A stretch of DNA of 34,562 bases, taken from an uncultured Oscillospiraceae bacterium (GTDB lineage: Bacteria > Bacillota > Clostridia > UMGS1883). The notes below the pieces were generated by a model. It saw only the letters and a program-made list of their open reading frames with translations. It was not told the origin of the DNA and did no database searches. Positions 26,230 to 34,562 of the stretch are shown here, one piece after another (the first letter of the stretch is position 1; each line of letters begins with the position of its first letter). The stretch spans positions 1,636 to 36,197 of the forward strand of contig CAZYYT010000003.1 of the NCBI GenBank assembly GCA_964651775.1, written 5' to 3'. Made by a program: the position numbers and the translations under genes.

Positions 26230-28545
26230 ATGAAGAAAATATGTATATCTAAAGACTGGAAGTTTAGGAATTCTTACAAAAACATCACCGAAAAGGTGGA
26301 CCTTCCGCACGATTACTCCATACAGATTCCAAGAAACCCACAATCAAGAGGTGGCGCATCAAACGGGTTTTATGAAGGAACATACGGCGAATATTCAAAG
26401 TACATAACCTTTCCCAAGGGGGAGCATACCATCTTAGATATTGATGGTGCATATATGTGCGCGAGGATTCGTATAAACGACAACATTCTTGATATGCACC
26501 CTTACGGATACACCCCATATTTGGTGGATTTATCTGATAAGGTAAGAAAAGACAGGATAAATAAAATCGCCATATCTACTGTAAACATGCAACCCTCCTC
26601 AAGATGGTACAGTGGCGCAGGGGTATATCGTGATGTTTTTGTATGGACGGGCGGAAAAGTGCGTATTGAGCCTTGGGATTTGTTTGTAACAACAAAAGAA
26701 ATTGCAGGTGATAATGCGACTATAAGTGTAGAAGCAGACATTTCTTCAGACATATATGCACACGCTACCATAAAAATAGAGATGCTTGATAAAGAGGGAA
26801 GCGTTGTTTTAGAAAAAAGCAGTGATATAACGGAAAAAGCCGGAAAAAACCGGTTTAAGGACGAACTTGTAATTGAAAAACCTAACCTTTGGGGTACGGA
26901 AAACCCGTATCTTTACACACTTAAATGCGAAATTATTGTACAGGGCAAAACAGAAGATACTCACGAGGTAAAATTTGGCATACGCACAATTTCCGTAAGT
27001 GTGGAGGAAGGCTTTAAATTAAATGGCAAATCCATGAAGCTTCGCGGTGGGTGTATTCATCACGACCATGGCGCACTTGGAAGCTCTGCATATAAAGAGG
27101 CAGAGTACAGGAAGGTGTTTAAGCTTAAAAATGCAGGCTTTAACGCTATCCGTACTGCGCATAATCCACCTTCACTTGCACTTTTACAAGCGTGTGACGA
27201 GCTTGGCATTATCATAATGGATGAAGCGTTTGATATGTGGAATCAGGCAAAATCAAGTGCAGATTACAGCCTGTGGTTTAGAGATTGGTGGGCAAGGGAT
27301 ATAAGCTATATGGTGCTTCGTGACAGAAATCACCCATCAGTTGCATCATACTCTATCGGTAACGAAATATCAGAGCGTAACGGAAACTCCGAAGGTGCGA
27401 TGTGGTCAAAAATGCTATACGATGAAGTGCGTAAGTACGACGTTACAAGGCCCGTAACATCAGGCATCTGCGGATTATGGGAAGCTTGTGACCCTAACGC
27501 CCCCGAGGAGTACAAAAAAGACTTTATGAAAGGCTTTGGTGACATAGGCGAGGAAGGTCGCCTTGAAACGTCTTGGGCAAAGCGTACAGAGGATTATATC
27601 AAGCCGCTTGACATGACTGGCTACAACTATATGTATTTTAGATATGCTGAGGATAAAAAGCTGTACCCAAACAGAATTATCTGGGGCTCTGAAACAAAGG
27701 CGATTGAGTTTTACAAATCCTGGAATGCAACTTTGGAAAACAGCCACGTTTTGGGTGACTTTACTTGGACGGCCTACGATAACCTTGGTGAGGCAGGGAC
27801 AGGTCGCGCCCTTTGGAAGCGTGACGGTGAAATTAAGGGAATTTCTCTTGCAAAATATCCGTGGAGAAACTGCTATCAAGGCGATTTGGACCTTTGTGGC
27901 TTTAGAAGGCCACAGTCATACTTCCGCGAAGCAGTGTGGATAGGAGGGTGCGAGCCAAGGATTTTCACAACCCATCCCGAGCATTATGGTGAAAAGTTCA
28001 CCGGAACAGGCTGGCACTGGTATGATGTAAACGAATCATGGAGCTTTGATGATAAGTATATAGGAAAGCTTGTTAAGGCAGATGTTTATACAGATGCAGA
28101 TGAAATCCACTTTGAATTAAACGGAGAATTTGTTGGTAAAGCATCACCCATAGAGGGCATTGCATCAGTAGATGTCCCTTATGAAAAGGGTACACTTACT
28201 GCCACATCTTATAAAGATGGCAAATTGGTGGGTAAGTCATCACTTACCACTATAGGAAAAGGCTTAAATGTGAAAATAGAAGAAGAAGCCCCCGTAATTA
28301 GAAATCAGGAGCTTCACTATTTTGATATAACTATCACCGATGATGAAGGAAACAGAGTACCCTTTGCAGAAAATGAAATAAAATGCACCACAGATGGTGG
28401 AGAGCTTTTGTGTGCATTTAGTGGAAACCCCGCAAACGAGGATGTTTGGGTAGATGGCACCTGCCACGCATTTTACGGGCGTGCACTTGCAATTGTTAAA
28501 GCAAAAATTGGTGAAAACATTAATTTAAAAGTGGAATTGGCATAA
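26230..28545 (+). CDS. Glycoside hydrolase family 2 (beta-galactosidase/beta-glucuronidase-like)
   Basis: GH2 TIM-barrel motifs GFNAIRTAHNPPS, NHPSVASYSIGNE (acid/base Glu) and IWGSETKA (nucleophile Glu context). It has an N-terminal sugar-binding sandwich and C-terminal Ig-like domains. There is no signal peptide, so it is likely cytoplasmic. Confidence 0.85.
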   Translation: MKKICISKDWKFRNSYKNITEKVDLPHDYSIQIPRNPQSRGGASNGFYEGTYGEYSKYITFPKGEHTILDIDGAYMCARIRINDNILDMHPYGYTPYLVDLSDKVRKDRINKIAISTVNMQPSSRWYSGAGVYRDVFVWTGGKVRIEPWDLFVTTKEIAGDNATISVEADISSDIYAHATIKIEMLDKEGSVVLEKSSDITEKAGKNRFKDELVIEKPNLWGTENPYLYTLKCEIIVQGKTEDTHEVKFGIRTISVSVEEGFKLNGKSMKLRGGCIHHDHGALGSSAYKEAEYRKVFKLKNAGFNAIRTAHNPPSLALLQACDELGIIIMDEAFDMWNQAKSSADYSLWFRDWWARDISYMVLRDRNHPSVASYSIGNEISERNGNSEGAMWSKMLYDEVRKYDVTRPVTSGICGLWEACDPNAPEEYKKDFMKGFGDIGEEGRLETSWAKRTEDYIKPLDMTGYNYMYFRYAEDKKLYPNRIIWGSETKAIEFYKSWNATLENSHVLGDFTWTAYDNLGEAGTGRALWKRDGEIKGISLAKYPWRNCYQGDLDLCGFRRPQSYFREAVWIGGCEPRIFTTHPEHYGEKFTGTGWHWYDVNESWSFDDKYIGKLVKADVYTDADEIHFELNGEFVGKASPIEGIASVDVPYEKGTLTATSYKDGKLVGKSSLTTIGKGLNVKIEEEAPVIRNQELHYFDITITDDEGNRVPFAENEIKCTTDGGELLCAFSGNPANEDVWVDGTCHAFYGRALAIVKAKIGENINLKVELA

Positions 28546-28584
28546 AATAAGGACTGTTTGATTCTTTCAAACAGTCCTTATTTT
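28544..28584. terminator. Bidirectional terminator between GH2 and the ROK kinase
   Basis: Perfect 17-bp inverted repeat AAAATAAGGACTGTTTG / CAAACAGTCCTTATTTT with loop ATTCTTT. It overlaps both stop codons. Confidence 0.85.
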
Positions 28585-29473
28585 ATAGTACCGCTGCACC
28601 AACGCCACCTGTATCACTTTGTGATTGCGAAATCTCAATCTTTGATTCTGTCTTTTCCATTTGTGAATACACACGCTCGCGAAGTCCATTTATAAACTTA
28701 TCGCCCTGCTTTGTTATTCCACCTGCAAAAATTACAGCATCAGGCTCAAGAATTCTTATAATATTTATTGTGCCGATCGCTAGCCAATCAAGATATCTTG
28801 AAAATACCTTCTGACTTTTGGGGCAACCACGGTTATATGCCTCAAAAAAAGATTTTCCGTTAAACTTATCGCCATCTCTATTTAAAATACTTGCAAGAAG
28901 ACTATCCGGACTTATTTTTGCCTCTTTTTTCGCTTCTCGGATAAGTGCAGTAGCAGAAGCATACTGCTCCCAACATCCATTCGTGCCGCAAGAGCATGGA
29001 AGGCCATCCTTCTCAACAATCATATGTCCAACCTCACCGACGGAGCCTCTCCCCTCAAGCAACTTGCCATTAAGCACGATGCCACCACCAATTCCTGTTC
29101 CCAGGGTAACAAGCACAATGTCTTTATAGCCACTTTTGTTAAGCATCATCTCACCAAGTGCGGCACAGTTAGCATCATTTTCGAGCTTTATCGGCATATT
29201 TAAGCCTTCGCTAAAAAGATTTAAAAGTGGGGTTTTATTAAGCGGAAGGTTGCCTGCAGAAACAACGCCATTCTTTATTCCGCCCGGCACACCAAAGCCA
29301 ACGGATTCAATGTCAAAATCTTTAATAATACGTTTTGCTTCTGCAATTATTTCTGAAACAAATTTGTCAGTTGAAGTTTTTTCAGTGGGGATAGAGCATC
29401 TATATGTAATTTCCTTACCGTCAAGCACCAAGAATTTTATTTCCGTGCCACCGATATCCACACCAAGTCTCAT
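28583..29473 (-). CDS. ROK-family sugar kinase (second paralogue)
   Basis: MRLGVDIGGTEIKF, LGTGIGGGIV and the zinc motif GHM...CSCGTNGCWEQYAS. The start is set at the ATG at 29473 (AAGGA RBS) instead of 29482. Confidence 0.85.
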   Translation of the reverse strand: MRLGVDIGGTEIKFLVLDGKEITYRCSIPTEKTSTDKFVSEIIAEAKRIIKDFDIESVGFGVPGGIKNGVVSAGNLPLNKTPLLNLFSEGLNMPIKLENDANCAALGEMMLNKSGYKDIVLVTLGTGIGGGIVLNGKLLEGRGSVGEVGHMIVEKDGLPCSCGTNGCWEQYASATALIREAKKEAKISPDSLLASILNRDGDKFNGKSFFEAYNRGCPKSQKVFSRYLDWLAIGTINIIRILEPDAVIFAGGITKQGDKFINGLRERVYSQMEKTESKIEISQSQSDTGGVGAAVL

Positions 29474-29594
29474 AAAAATCATCCTTTCGTTGCGAGCCGC
29501 TGTAATGTTTGGTTGCGACTAATTTTGTTATATCATATATTGATAAAATAATCAAGAGGTGATATGATGTAATTTATAAAAGGGGGTGTTTTAA

Positions 29595-30149
29595 ATGCAA
29601 AAAAATATTATTAGAAAATTCCTCGGCCATTTTTCCACAGTAACACGTCATCGTCACGCAGTTTTAAAGCATTGTATAGGGGTGGGTATCCCCATTCAGG
29701 GGCTTCTTCATGACCTTTCAAAATATACTTATACGGAATTTATACCAGGTGTAAAAAACTATAAGGGGCATTGCAGCCCTAATGAGATTGAAAGGCGTGA
29801 AAACGGATACAGCGCGGCATGGCTTCACCATAAAGGCAGAAACAAGCATCATTTTGAATATTGGAATGACTATAACCCTGTCGAAAAAAAGGTTATGCCT
29901 GTAAAAATGCCGATAAAGTATGTTGCTGAAATGTTTTGCGACAGGGTTGCTGCAAGTAAAATTTATCAGGGAAAAAACTATACACAGGCGCATCCGATTG
30001 AATACTTTATGCGTGGAAAGGCAAACAGATTTATCCACCCCGAAACAAGTGACCTTCTTGAGGGGTGGCTTGTGATGCTAAAAGAAAGGGGCGAAAGAAT
30101 AACCTTTCGCCACATTAAATCAGAAATTAAAAAATTTGAAAAACAATAA
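29595..30149 (+). CDS. DUF5662-like protein of unknown function
   Basis: From memory, the motif string HRHAVLKHC...GLLHDLSKY...SAAWLHHKGRNKHHFEYW matches the small Firmicute DUF5662 family, which some databases label as catalase. GGGGG RBS. No function can be read from the sequence. Confidence 0.6.
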   Translation: MQKNIIRKFLGHFSTVTRHRHAVLKHCIGVGIPIQGLLHDLSKYTYTEFIPGVKNYKGHCSPNEIERRENGYSAAWLHHKGRNKHHFEYWNDYNPVEKKVMPVKMPIKYVAEMFCDRVAASKIYQGKNYTQAHPIEYFMRGKANRFIHPETSDLLEGWLVMLKERGERITFRHIKSEIKKFEKQ

Positions 30150-32157
30150 ATGCCACAAGCCACGCAACTGCCGTTTGATAAAGCACAGAAACGGCTGTCC
30201 ACTTAAGGCTTTTGGTTTCACGCCAAAGCGTTGCAATTGCCGCCGCACAGGGTGAATATAATAGGCAGAAAAGCATAAGTGCATATGCATTAACTGCACC
30301 AAAACCAATGGAGGATAGTGCTTCTTTAAATAGCGCCATCCCCGAGGCAGAATTTATAGATGCTATTCCAAAAAGCACACTGCAGCTTGAAACAACAACC
30401 TCTTTAGCGGCAATTCCTCCAATAAGTGCGACAATAATCTGCCATTGCCCAAGCCCCGTCGGGGCCATAATGGGCACAAGCGCCTTTCCGATGTATGCCG
30501 CAAAGCTATTATTCATATCGGATATTCCGTTCTCGTTAAAATTAAGAAGTATCCACAATATAATGGATGCAACGAAAATGGTTGTGCCTGCCTTTGTAAG
30601 GTAGTCCTTGATTTTTTCCCAAACGTAAATCGAAATATTGCGCGGATTAGGTGTTTTATATTCAGGAAGCTCGATTAAAAGTGCGGGTTTTTTTTGTTTT
30701 CTACTTAAAAGCTTTATAATAAAAGACGAAAGTATTGCCATTATTACCCCAAAAACATACATTGAAAATGCCGCAAGCATAGCATAATCATCAAAAAATA
30801 TATGCGAGAATAAAACATAAATCGGCAGTCTCGCACTGCAGGACATAAAGGGTGTTACAAGTATTGTGCGAAGTCTGTCATTTTTATCCTCAAGTGTGCG
30901 CGATGCCATAATTGCAGGCACTGTACAACCGAAGCCAAGAAGCATCGGTATAAATGCCCTTCCGCTAAGACCCATTTTGCCCATCAGTGAATCCATGACA
31001 TAGGCAACGCGGCTCATATATCCGCTATCCTCTAAAAAAGCAAGGCATAAAAACAATATAAATATATTGGGAAGGAAGGTAAGTATCCCTCCAACGCCTG
31101 ATATTATTCCATCTACAACAAGTGATTGAAGCCAAAGCGCCACGTCAAGTTTTACAAGCACTGCGTGGATAAGGTCACTAAGACTGTCAATGCCTATTCC
31201 CATCAACTCAGCAAGAACATCACCCACAGTGAATGTTAAAAAGAAAACAAGTGCCATTATACAAAAAAATATGGGCACCCCAAAAATCGGGTGGGTTAAA
31301 GCCTTATCAATTTTATCTGTTTTTCGTTCCTTTGTACTTTTGTTTACCAAAACCTCACTTATAACCTCTTCAATAAAGTCATACTTTTGGTTTATTATTT
31401 CTTTTTCAAGACTTTTTGGTACAATATCTGAAAAATCTATCCCAATCTCATCTGTTATTTCCTTATCATGCTCAAGCACCTTTATAGCGTGCCAACGAAA
31501 ATTAGGAGTATCAGGTGCGATTTTTTTTATCCTTTCGATTATAATATCAATCTTATCCTCAATCATATCACTGTAAACAATCGTATTATCTATATGATGG
31601 TCGTGGATATGTGAGCTTTTTTTGGTATGCTCATGCTCAAGCACACCAATAGGCTTGTCCTTATGGTGCGCCACCGCATGCATAAGCACACTGAGGCCGT
31701 GCCTTTTTCGTGCGCTTACGGGGACAACGGGTATTCCAAGCATTTCAGGAAGACGATGCAGGTCAATCTCCATCCCACGCTCCTCAACAATATCCATCAT
31801 ATTAAGTGCAAGCACAACGGGTTTGCCCATCTCTATAAGTTGAAGCGTCAGAAAAAGATTTCTCTCAAGACAGCTTGCATCAACAACATTTATCAAAACG
31901 TCAACATCGCCGTGCATTATGTATTTTCTCGAAAGCTTTTCTTCCATTGTATAGCTTGTAAGACTGTATATCCCAGGCAGGTCAACTAAATTATAATCAT
32001 GATCGTGATATTTATAAAGGCCCTCTTTTTTCTCAACCGTTACACCGGGCCAGTTTGCAACCTTTAATTTAGCGCCAGTATAGGCATTAAAAAGAGTGGT
32101 CTTACCACAATTAGGGTTTCCGACAAATCCGACATTTAAATCGTTACTCATTTGCAC
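30127..32157 (-). CDS. feoB: Ferrous iron transporter FeoB
   Basis: N-terminal G domain (VGNPNCGKTTLFNAYTG, LVDLPGIYSL, NMMD) followed by a polytopic membrane domain with gate motifs. 676 aa. Confidence 0.92.
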   Translation of the reverse strand: MQMSNDLNVGFVGNPNCGKTTLFNAYTGAKLKVANWPGVTVEKKEGLYKYHDHDYNLVDLPGIYSLTSYTMEEKLSRKYIMHGDVDVLINVVDASCLERNLFLTLQLIEMGKPVVLALNMMDIVEERGMEIDLHRLPEMLGIPVVPVSARKRHGLSVLMHAVAHHKDKPIGVLEHEHTKKSSHIHDHHIDNTIVYSDMIEDKIDIIIERIKKIAPDTPNFRWHAIKVLEHDKEITDEIGIDFSDIVPKSLEKEIINQKYDFIEEVISEVLVNKSTKERKTDKIDKALTHPIFGVPIFFCIMALVFFLTFTVGDVLAELMGIGIDSLSDLIHAVLVKLDVALWLQSLVVDGIISGVGGILTFLPNIFILFLCLAFLEDSGYMSRVAYVMDSLMGKMGLSGRAFIPMLLGFGCTVPAIMASRTLEDKNDRLRTILVTPFMSCSARLPIYVLFSHIFFDDYAMLAAFSMYVFGVIMAILSSFIIKLLSRKQKKPALLIELPEYKTPNPRNISIYVWEKIKDYLTKAGTTIFVASIILWILLNFNENGISDMNNSFAAYIGKALVPIMAPTGLGQWQIIVALIGGIAAKEVVVSSCSVLFGIASINSASGMALFKEALSSIGFGAVNAYALMLFCLLYSPCAAAIATLWRETKSLKWTAVSVLYQTAVAWLVAFIVFQIF

Positions 32158-32375
32158 TCACCCCACAATTCTATCTTATCACAGATTTCTTTACCAAGTG
32201 CAAAACGAGTGCCGCGTATCCTTACTATGGATGCACCGCCCTTTTTCCGTGAGACAACCTCAATCACAGAGTTTTCTGTAAGCCCCAGCGACTCAAGCCT
32301 TCTTTCAATATCCTGCTCGGTATTTATTGACCTTACAAGATACTTGTTTTTGCATTCTGTACTTGATAAATTCAT
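32148..32375 (-). CDS. feoA: FeoA-family protein
   Basis: A 75-aa SH3-like FeoA domain (RRLESLGLTENSVIEVVSRKKGGASIVRIRGTRFALGKE). It overlaps the feoB start by 10 nt. Confidence 0.85.
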   Translation of the reverse strand: MNLSSTECKNKYLVRSINTEQDIERRLESLGLTENSVIEVVSRKKGGASIVRIRGTRFALGKEICDKIELWGECK

Positions 32376-32393
32376 AAAATTATCCTTTCGTAA

Positions 32394-32636
32394 TCAAAGA
32401 AATAGCGCCGACAAGTAAAGTAGTATCCCCCCGGGAAGCCCAAACACGCCAATAATAAGCGAAGATATAAGGTTAATCCCTATTGGCTTTAAAATAAGCA
32501 GTGCAGCCACCACATTATAGCATATAAGAAGCGAAAATCCACATGCTACTCTGCACAAAACCTCCGCTGCAGGCTTTATATTAAGAAAAAACACAAGAAT
32601 AAGCACACCGGCTAGTAATATGAAAATAGTATTCAC
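32394..32636 (-). CDS. bofA: BofA-family pro-sigma-K processing inhibitor (sporulation)
   Basis: An 80-aa two-TM protein with the C-terminal signature IIGVFGLPGGILLY (B. subtilis BofA has GILGIPG). It has a GTG start with a GGGGTGA RBS. Confidence 0.65.
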   Translation of the reverse strand: MNTIFILLAGVLILVFFLNIKPAAEVLCRVACGFSLLICYNVVAALLILKPIGINLISSLIIGVFGLPGGILLYLSALFL

Positions 32637-32668
32637 GATATATCACCCCGTAAATACTATGCCGAAAA

Positions 32669-33055
32669 TCACAAATTAAGAAGCTTTTTAAGTGCTTCAT
32701 CGGGATAAAATGGATAAATTTTTTCTCCAACCTTTATTTCCTTTTCAGTTATGAGTGTTTCATCAAGGTTAAACTGTGCCGTAATTTTCTCGATAAGACC
32801 ATAACGAGTTACTTCAACAAGTAAATCCTCATATAATATGTATGTTTTTGTAAATGTACCTTGTTTTAAAATTTTATTTGCATAAACTGCACTAAATATA
32901 ATTGCAGCTAATTCAAATATCCATGCCCAAGGAAGGTAGCTTTCAAGCGAAAATACTACACCGCAACATAAAAGAAGCACTAAAAGTGCGATAAGCGTCT
33001 GTCCCGGGCTTTTTGGTGTAAGTGCCCTACCTTTATAAATTTCTTCTTTATCCAT
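32669..33055 (-). CDS. Small membrane protein of unknown function (two TM helices plus a soluble C-terminal domain)
   Basis: The hydrophobic segments LIALLVLLLCCGVVF and WIFELAAIIFSAVYA are followed by a ~65-aa soluble tail. The start could be ATG 33055 or GTG 33064. The product call is generic. Confidence 0.5.
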   Translation of the reverse strand: MDKEEIYKGRALTPKSPGQTLIALLVLLLCCGVVFSLESYLPWAWIFELAAIIFSAVYANKILKQGTFTKTYILYEDLLVEVTRYGLIEKITAQFNLDETLITEKEIKVGEKIYPFYPDEALKKLLNL

Positions 33056-33078
33056 AAATATCACTTTCTTCTATTATA

Positions 33079-33564
33079 TTATAGTATCCAGTCGCAAACA
33101 ATAGACGAAAGGATCCCGCTATCTGTTTCCAGCACTGCAAATGATGGGCTGCCACTTCTTGGTCTTGACACACTTCCAGGGTTTAAAATAATTATCCCTG
33201 GCTCACCCTTTTTGTCATATGCACAATGTGTGTGCCCGAAAAGCGCTGCCTCGCACCCCTTTTTAAGTGCCACAGCCTCAAGTCTTTGTGTGCCATGGGT
33301 TACACCAAGTGTGTGTCCGTGGCAAATAAATATCTTGTGCCCGTCAAACTCAATAACCCTCTCATAATCTTCAGAAGAAAAAGAAAAGTCATTATTTCCT
33401 ATAACAGATACAAGGCTAACATGGGGATATTTCTGCCTGATAGCCTTCACATCACGTGCAATATCTCCAAGATGGATTATTAAATCTATCTCCCCCATAC
33501 TATCAATAGCTTTTTCACATGCACGCACATTCCCATGACTGTCCGACAAAACTATCGCACGCAT
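33079..33564 (-). CDS. YfcE/MJ0936-family metallophosphoesterase
   Basis: Calcineurin-like motifs appear in order: LSDSHGN, HLGDI, GNNDF, CHGH, GHTH. The start is set at the ATG at 33564 (MRAIVLSD). Confidence 0.85.
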   Translation of the reverse strand: MRAIVLSDSHGNVRACEKAIDSMGEIDLIIHLGDIARDVKAIRQKYPHVSLVSVIGNNDFSFSSEDYERVIEFDGHKIFICHGHTLGVTHGTQRLEAVALKKGCEAALFGHTHCAYDKKGEPGIIILNPGSVSRPRSGSPSFAVLETDSGILSSIVCDWIL

Positions 33565-33662
33565 TATTATCACCCCATTACATACTATAGTTAGTTTATC
33601 TTAAAGAACGGATTTTGTCAATATTACATATAATGAAAATGAAAGGAAAGGAGTTGTATTTT

Positions 33663-33902
33663 ATGAAAGAAATTCTCAAAATGTTAGGGCAGATGGACAA
33701 AAATCAACTATCGGATGCAATAAATAGGGCACGGGACTTTGTAAACACACCCGAAGGGCAAAATTTAGTGGGCAAATTAAAACGTGGAGAGGGCATTGAG
33801 GGTATTCCCATTTCCACCGACCAACAAAACGATCTGATTTCACAGCTTAGCAAAAATCCTGAAGCAGCAAAGAAAATAGCAGATCTACTTGGGAAAGGGT
33901 GA
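33663..33902 (+). CDS. Small hypothetical protein (79 aa)
   Basis: An AAGGAG RBS sits 9 nt before the ATG at 33663. The protein is hydrophilic and its predicted secondary structure is helical. The C-terminal NPEAAKKIADLLG resembles the N-terminus of the next ORF. Confidence 0.5.
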   Translation: MKEILKMLGQMDKNQLSDAINRARDFVNTPEGQNLVGKLKRGEGIEGIPISTDQQNDLISQLSKNPEAAKKIADLLGKG

Positions 33903-33906
33903 TATT

Positions 33907-34194
33907 ATGGACCTTGAGCAGGAATTATCAAAAGCGCTTCAAGACCCGGAAATTATGAGTAAGGTAGGTAGCATCCTATCTTCACTAGGTGGTGCAGACT
34001 CACAAGGCGATGATTCCGCACCTGCAGCACTAATACCATCTATCCCAAAGCTTCCACCTGATGACAGAGCAAAGCTTCTTATGGCAATTAAACCATTTTT
34101 AAGCGAAAAGCGTGCCCCGTATATGGATACGGCGGTAACAATTCTTAGCCTGCTTAAGATGGGAAAAATCGGTAAAGACTTAAAATTATTCTAA
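33907..34194 (+). CDS. Small hypothetical protein (95 aa)
   Basis: The ATG at 33907 lies 4 nt after the preceding stop, with a GGGTGA RBS. Motifs: DPEIMSKVGSILSSLG and LLMAIKPFLSEKRAPYMDTAVTILSLLKM. Confidence 0.5.
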   Translation: MDLEQELSKALQDPEIMSKVGSILSSLGGADSQGDDSAPAALIPSIPKLPPDDRAKLLMAIKPFLSEKRAPYMDTAVTILSLLKMGKIGKDLKLF

Positions 34195-34207
34195 ATGGGG
34201 TGTTTAA

Positions 34208-34492
34208 ATGCGTGTTATCCAGATGCCGGCTTCCCCTAAAAATGCAAAAAAATGCGCCCCGCCAATGTCTAATCCTGTATCAAATGCCACAAATACAGAA
34301 ATAAATAAGGGCACAAGAAAAGGGATAAATTTTAAGGAGCTGCTTTCAAAACTTGAAATGTTTGAAAAGGATGATTATATCCTCGCAGGAATAATCGTTA
34401 CATTAATGTTAGAAGGTTGCGATGATTATATACTTCTTGCGGCACTCGGATACCTGTTTATTATGGGTATTTTGCCGGAAATAGTCGAATAA
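34208..34492 (+). CDS. Small hypothetical protein (94 aa) with a C-terminal hydrophobic segment
   Basis: The ATG at 34208 lies 13 nt after the preceding stop. A polar N-terminus is followed by DDYILAGIIVTLMLEGCDDYILLAALGYLFIMGIL, an internally repeated DDYIL motif within hydrophobic stretches. Confidence 0.45.
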   Translation: MRVIQMPASPKNAKKCAPPMSNPVSNATNTEINKGTRKGINFKELLSKLEMFEKDDYILAGIIVTLMLEGCDDYILLAALGYLFIMGILPEIVE

Positions 34493-34562
34493 ACAAAAAA
34501 AATAAATAAATTTGCGAAAAGGTGTTGACAACGTATGGGTGTATATGTTAAGATTACAAACG

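Noticed and set aside
23122-30149. A genomic island integrated at tRNA-Arg, which would cover mgtC, the serine hydrolase, AraC, GH2, ROK and DUF5662.
   Set aside because: There is no integrase, recombinase or transposase ORF. I could not spot a direct repeat of the tRNA 3' end downstream by eye, and the base composition looks the same as the flanks. A proper repeat search was not possible here.
32365-32384. The AT-rich inverted repeat GATAAATTCATAAAATTATC over the feoA start codon, as a Fur box.
   Set aside because: The halves are imperfect, and alignment to the 7-1-7 TGATAAT-N-ATTATCA consensus is poor. In DNA this AT-rich, such a match is not meaningful without a species-specific motif model.
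1-34562. CRISPR arrays, tandem repeats, IS elements, prophage or retron/DGR components.
   Set aside because: Scanning the intergenic regions and the ORF list showed no regularly spaced repeats, no transposase, reverse-transcriptase or Cas-like proteins, and no long terminal inverted repeats. The only repeats noted are terminator hairpins and the 12-bp palindrome pair.
34524-34562. TTGACA near the window end as a promoter for a downstream gene.
   Set aside because: The only -10 candidate is TAAGAT at an 18-nt spacing, and the downstream gene lies outside the window, so the call cannot be supported.

Overview
This window looks like ordinary chromosomal backbone from a moderately AT-rich, spore-forming Firmicute. 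A Clostridia-class origin is an inference from bofA, the clpC/recA/cinA/thiI arrangement, strong GGAGG ribosome-binding sites and sigma-A type promoters.

Plus-strand block, in order:
- clpC, truncated at the 5' window edge
- a 1191-aa secreted multidomain protein
- a frameshifted rsmH-family methyltransferase
- nadE
- a GGDG-type phosphofructokinase
- an HD-domain dGTPase-like gene
- a ROK glucokinase
- a second, PPi-type-looking phosphofructokinase
- mutS2

A convergent minus-strand operon follows: a ParC/GyrA-like subunit A, cysteine desulfurase, thiI, the cinA C-terminal (PncC) domain and recA. recA has its own promoter and a LexA (Cheo) box.

The remainder holds:
- an L,D-transpeptidase
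- tRNA-Arg(CCG)
- mgtC
- a class-C-like serine hydrolase
- a divergent AraC/GH2 pair
- a second ROK kinase
- a DUF5662-like gene
- a minus-strand operon of phosphoesterase, membrane protein, bofA, feoA and feoB
- three small uncharacterised plus-strand ORFs

I see no transposase, integrase, CRISPR array, restriction-modification, toxin-antitoxin or recognisable defence genes, and no convincing novel multi-gene system.

The items most worth a second look:
- the A9-tract frameshift in the rsmH paralogue
- the duplicated-module secreted protein, whose SGNH domain appears to have lost its catalytic His and oxyanion residues
- the orphan subunit-A topoisomerase translationally coupled to nifS-thiI
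- a promoter-to-terminator unit between mutS2 and recA that holds only broken coding-like frames
- the three-gene small-protein cassette at the 3' end

All functional calls come from motif recognition by eye. No database search was run.
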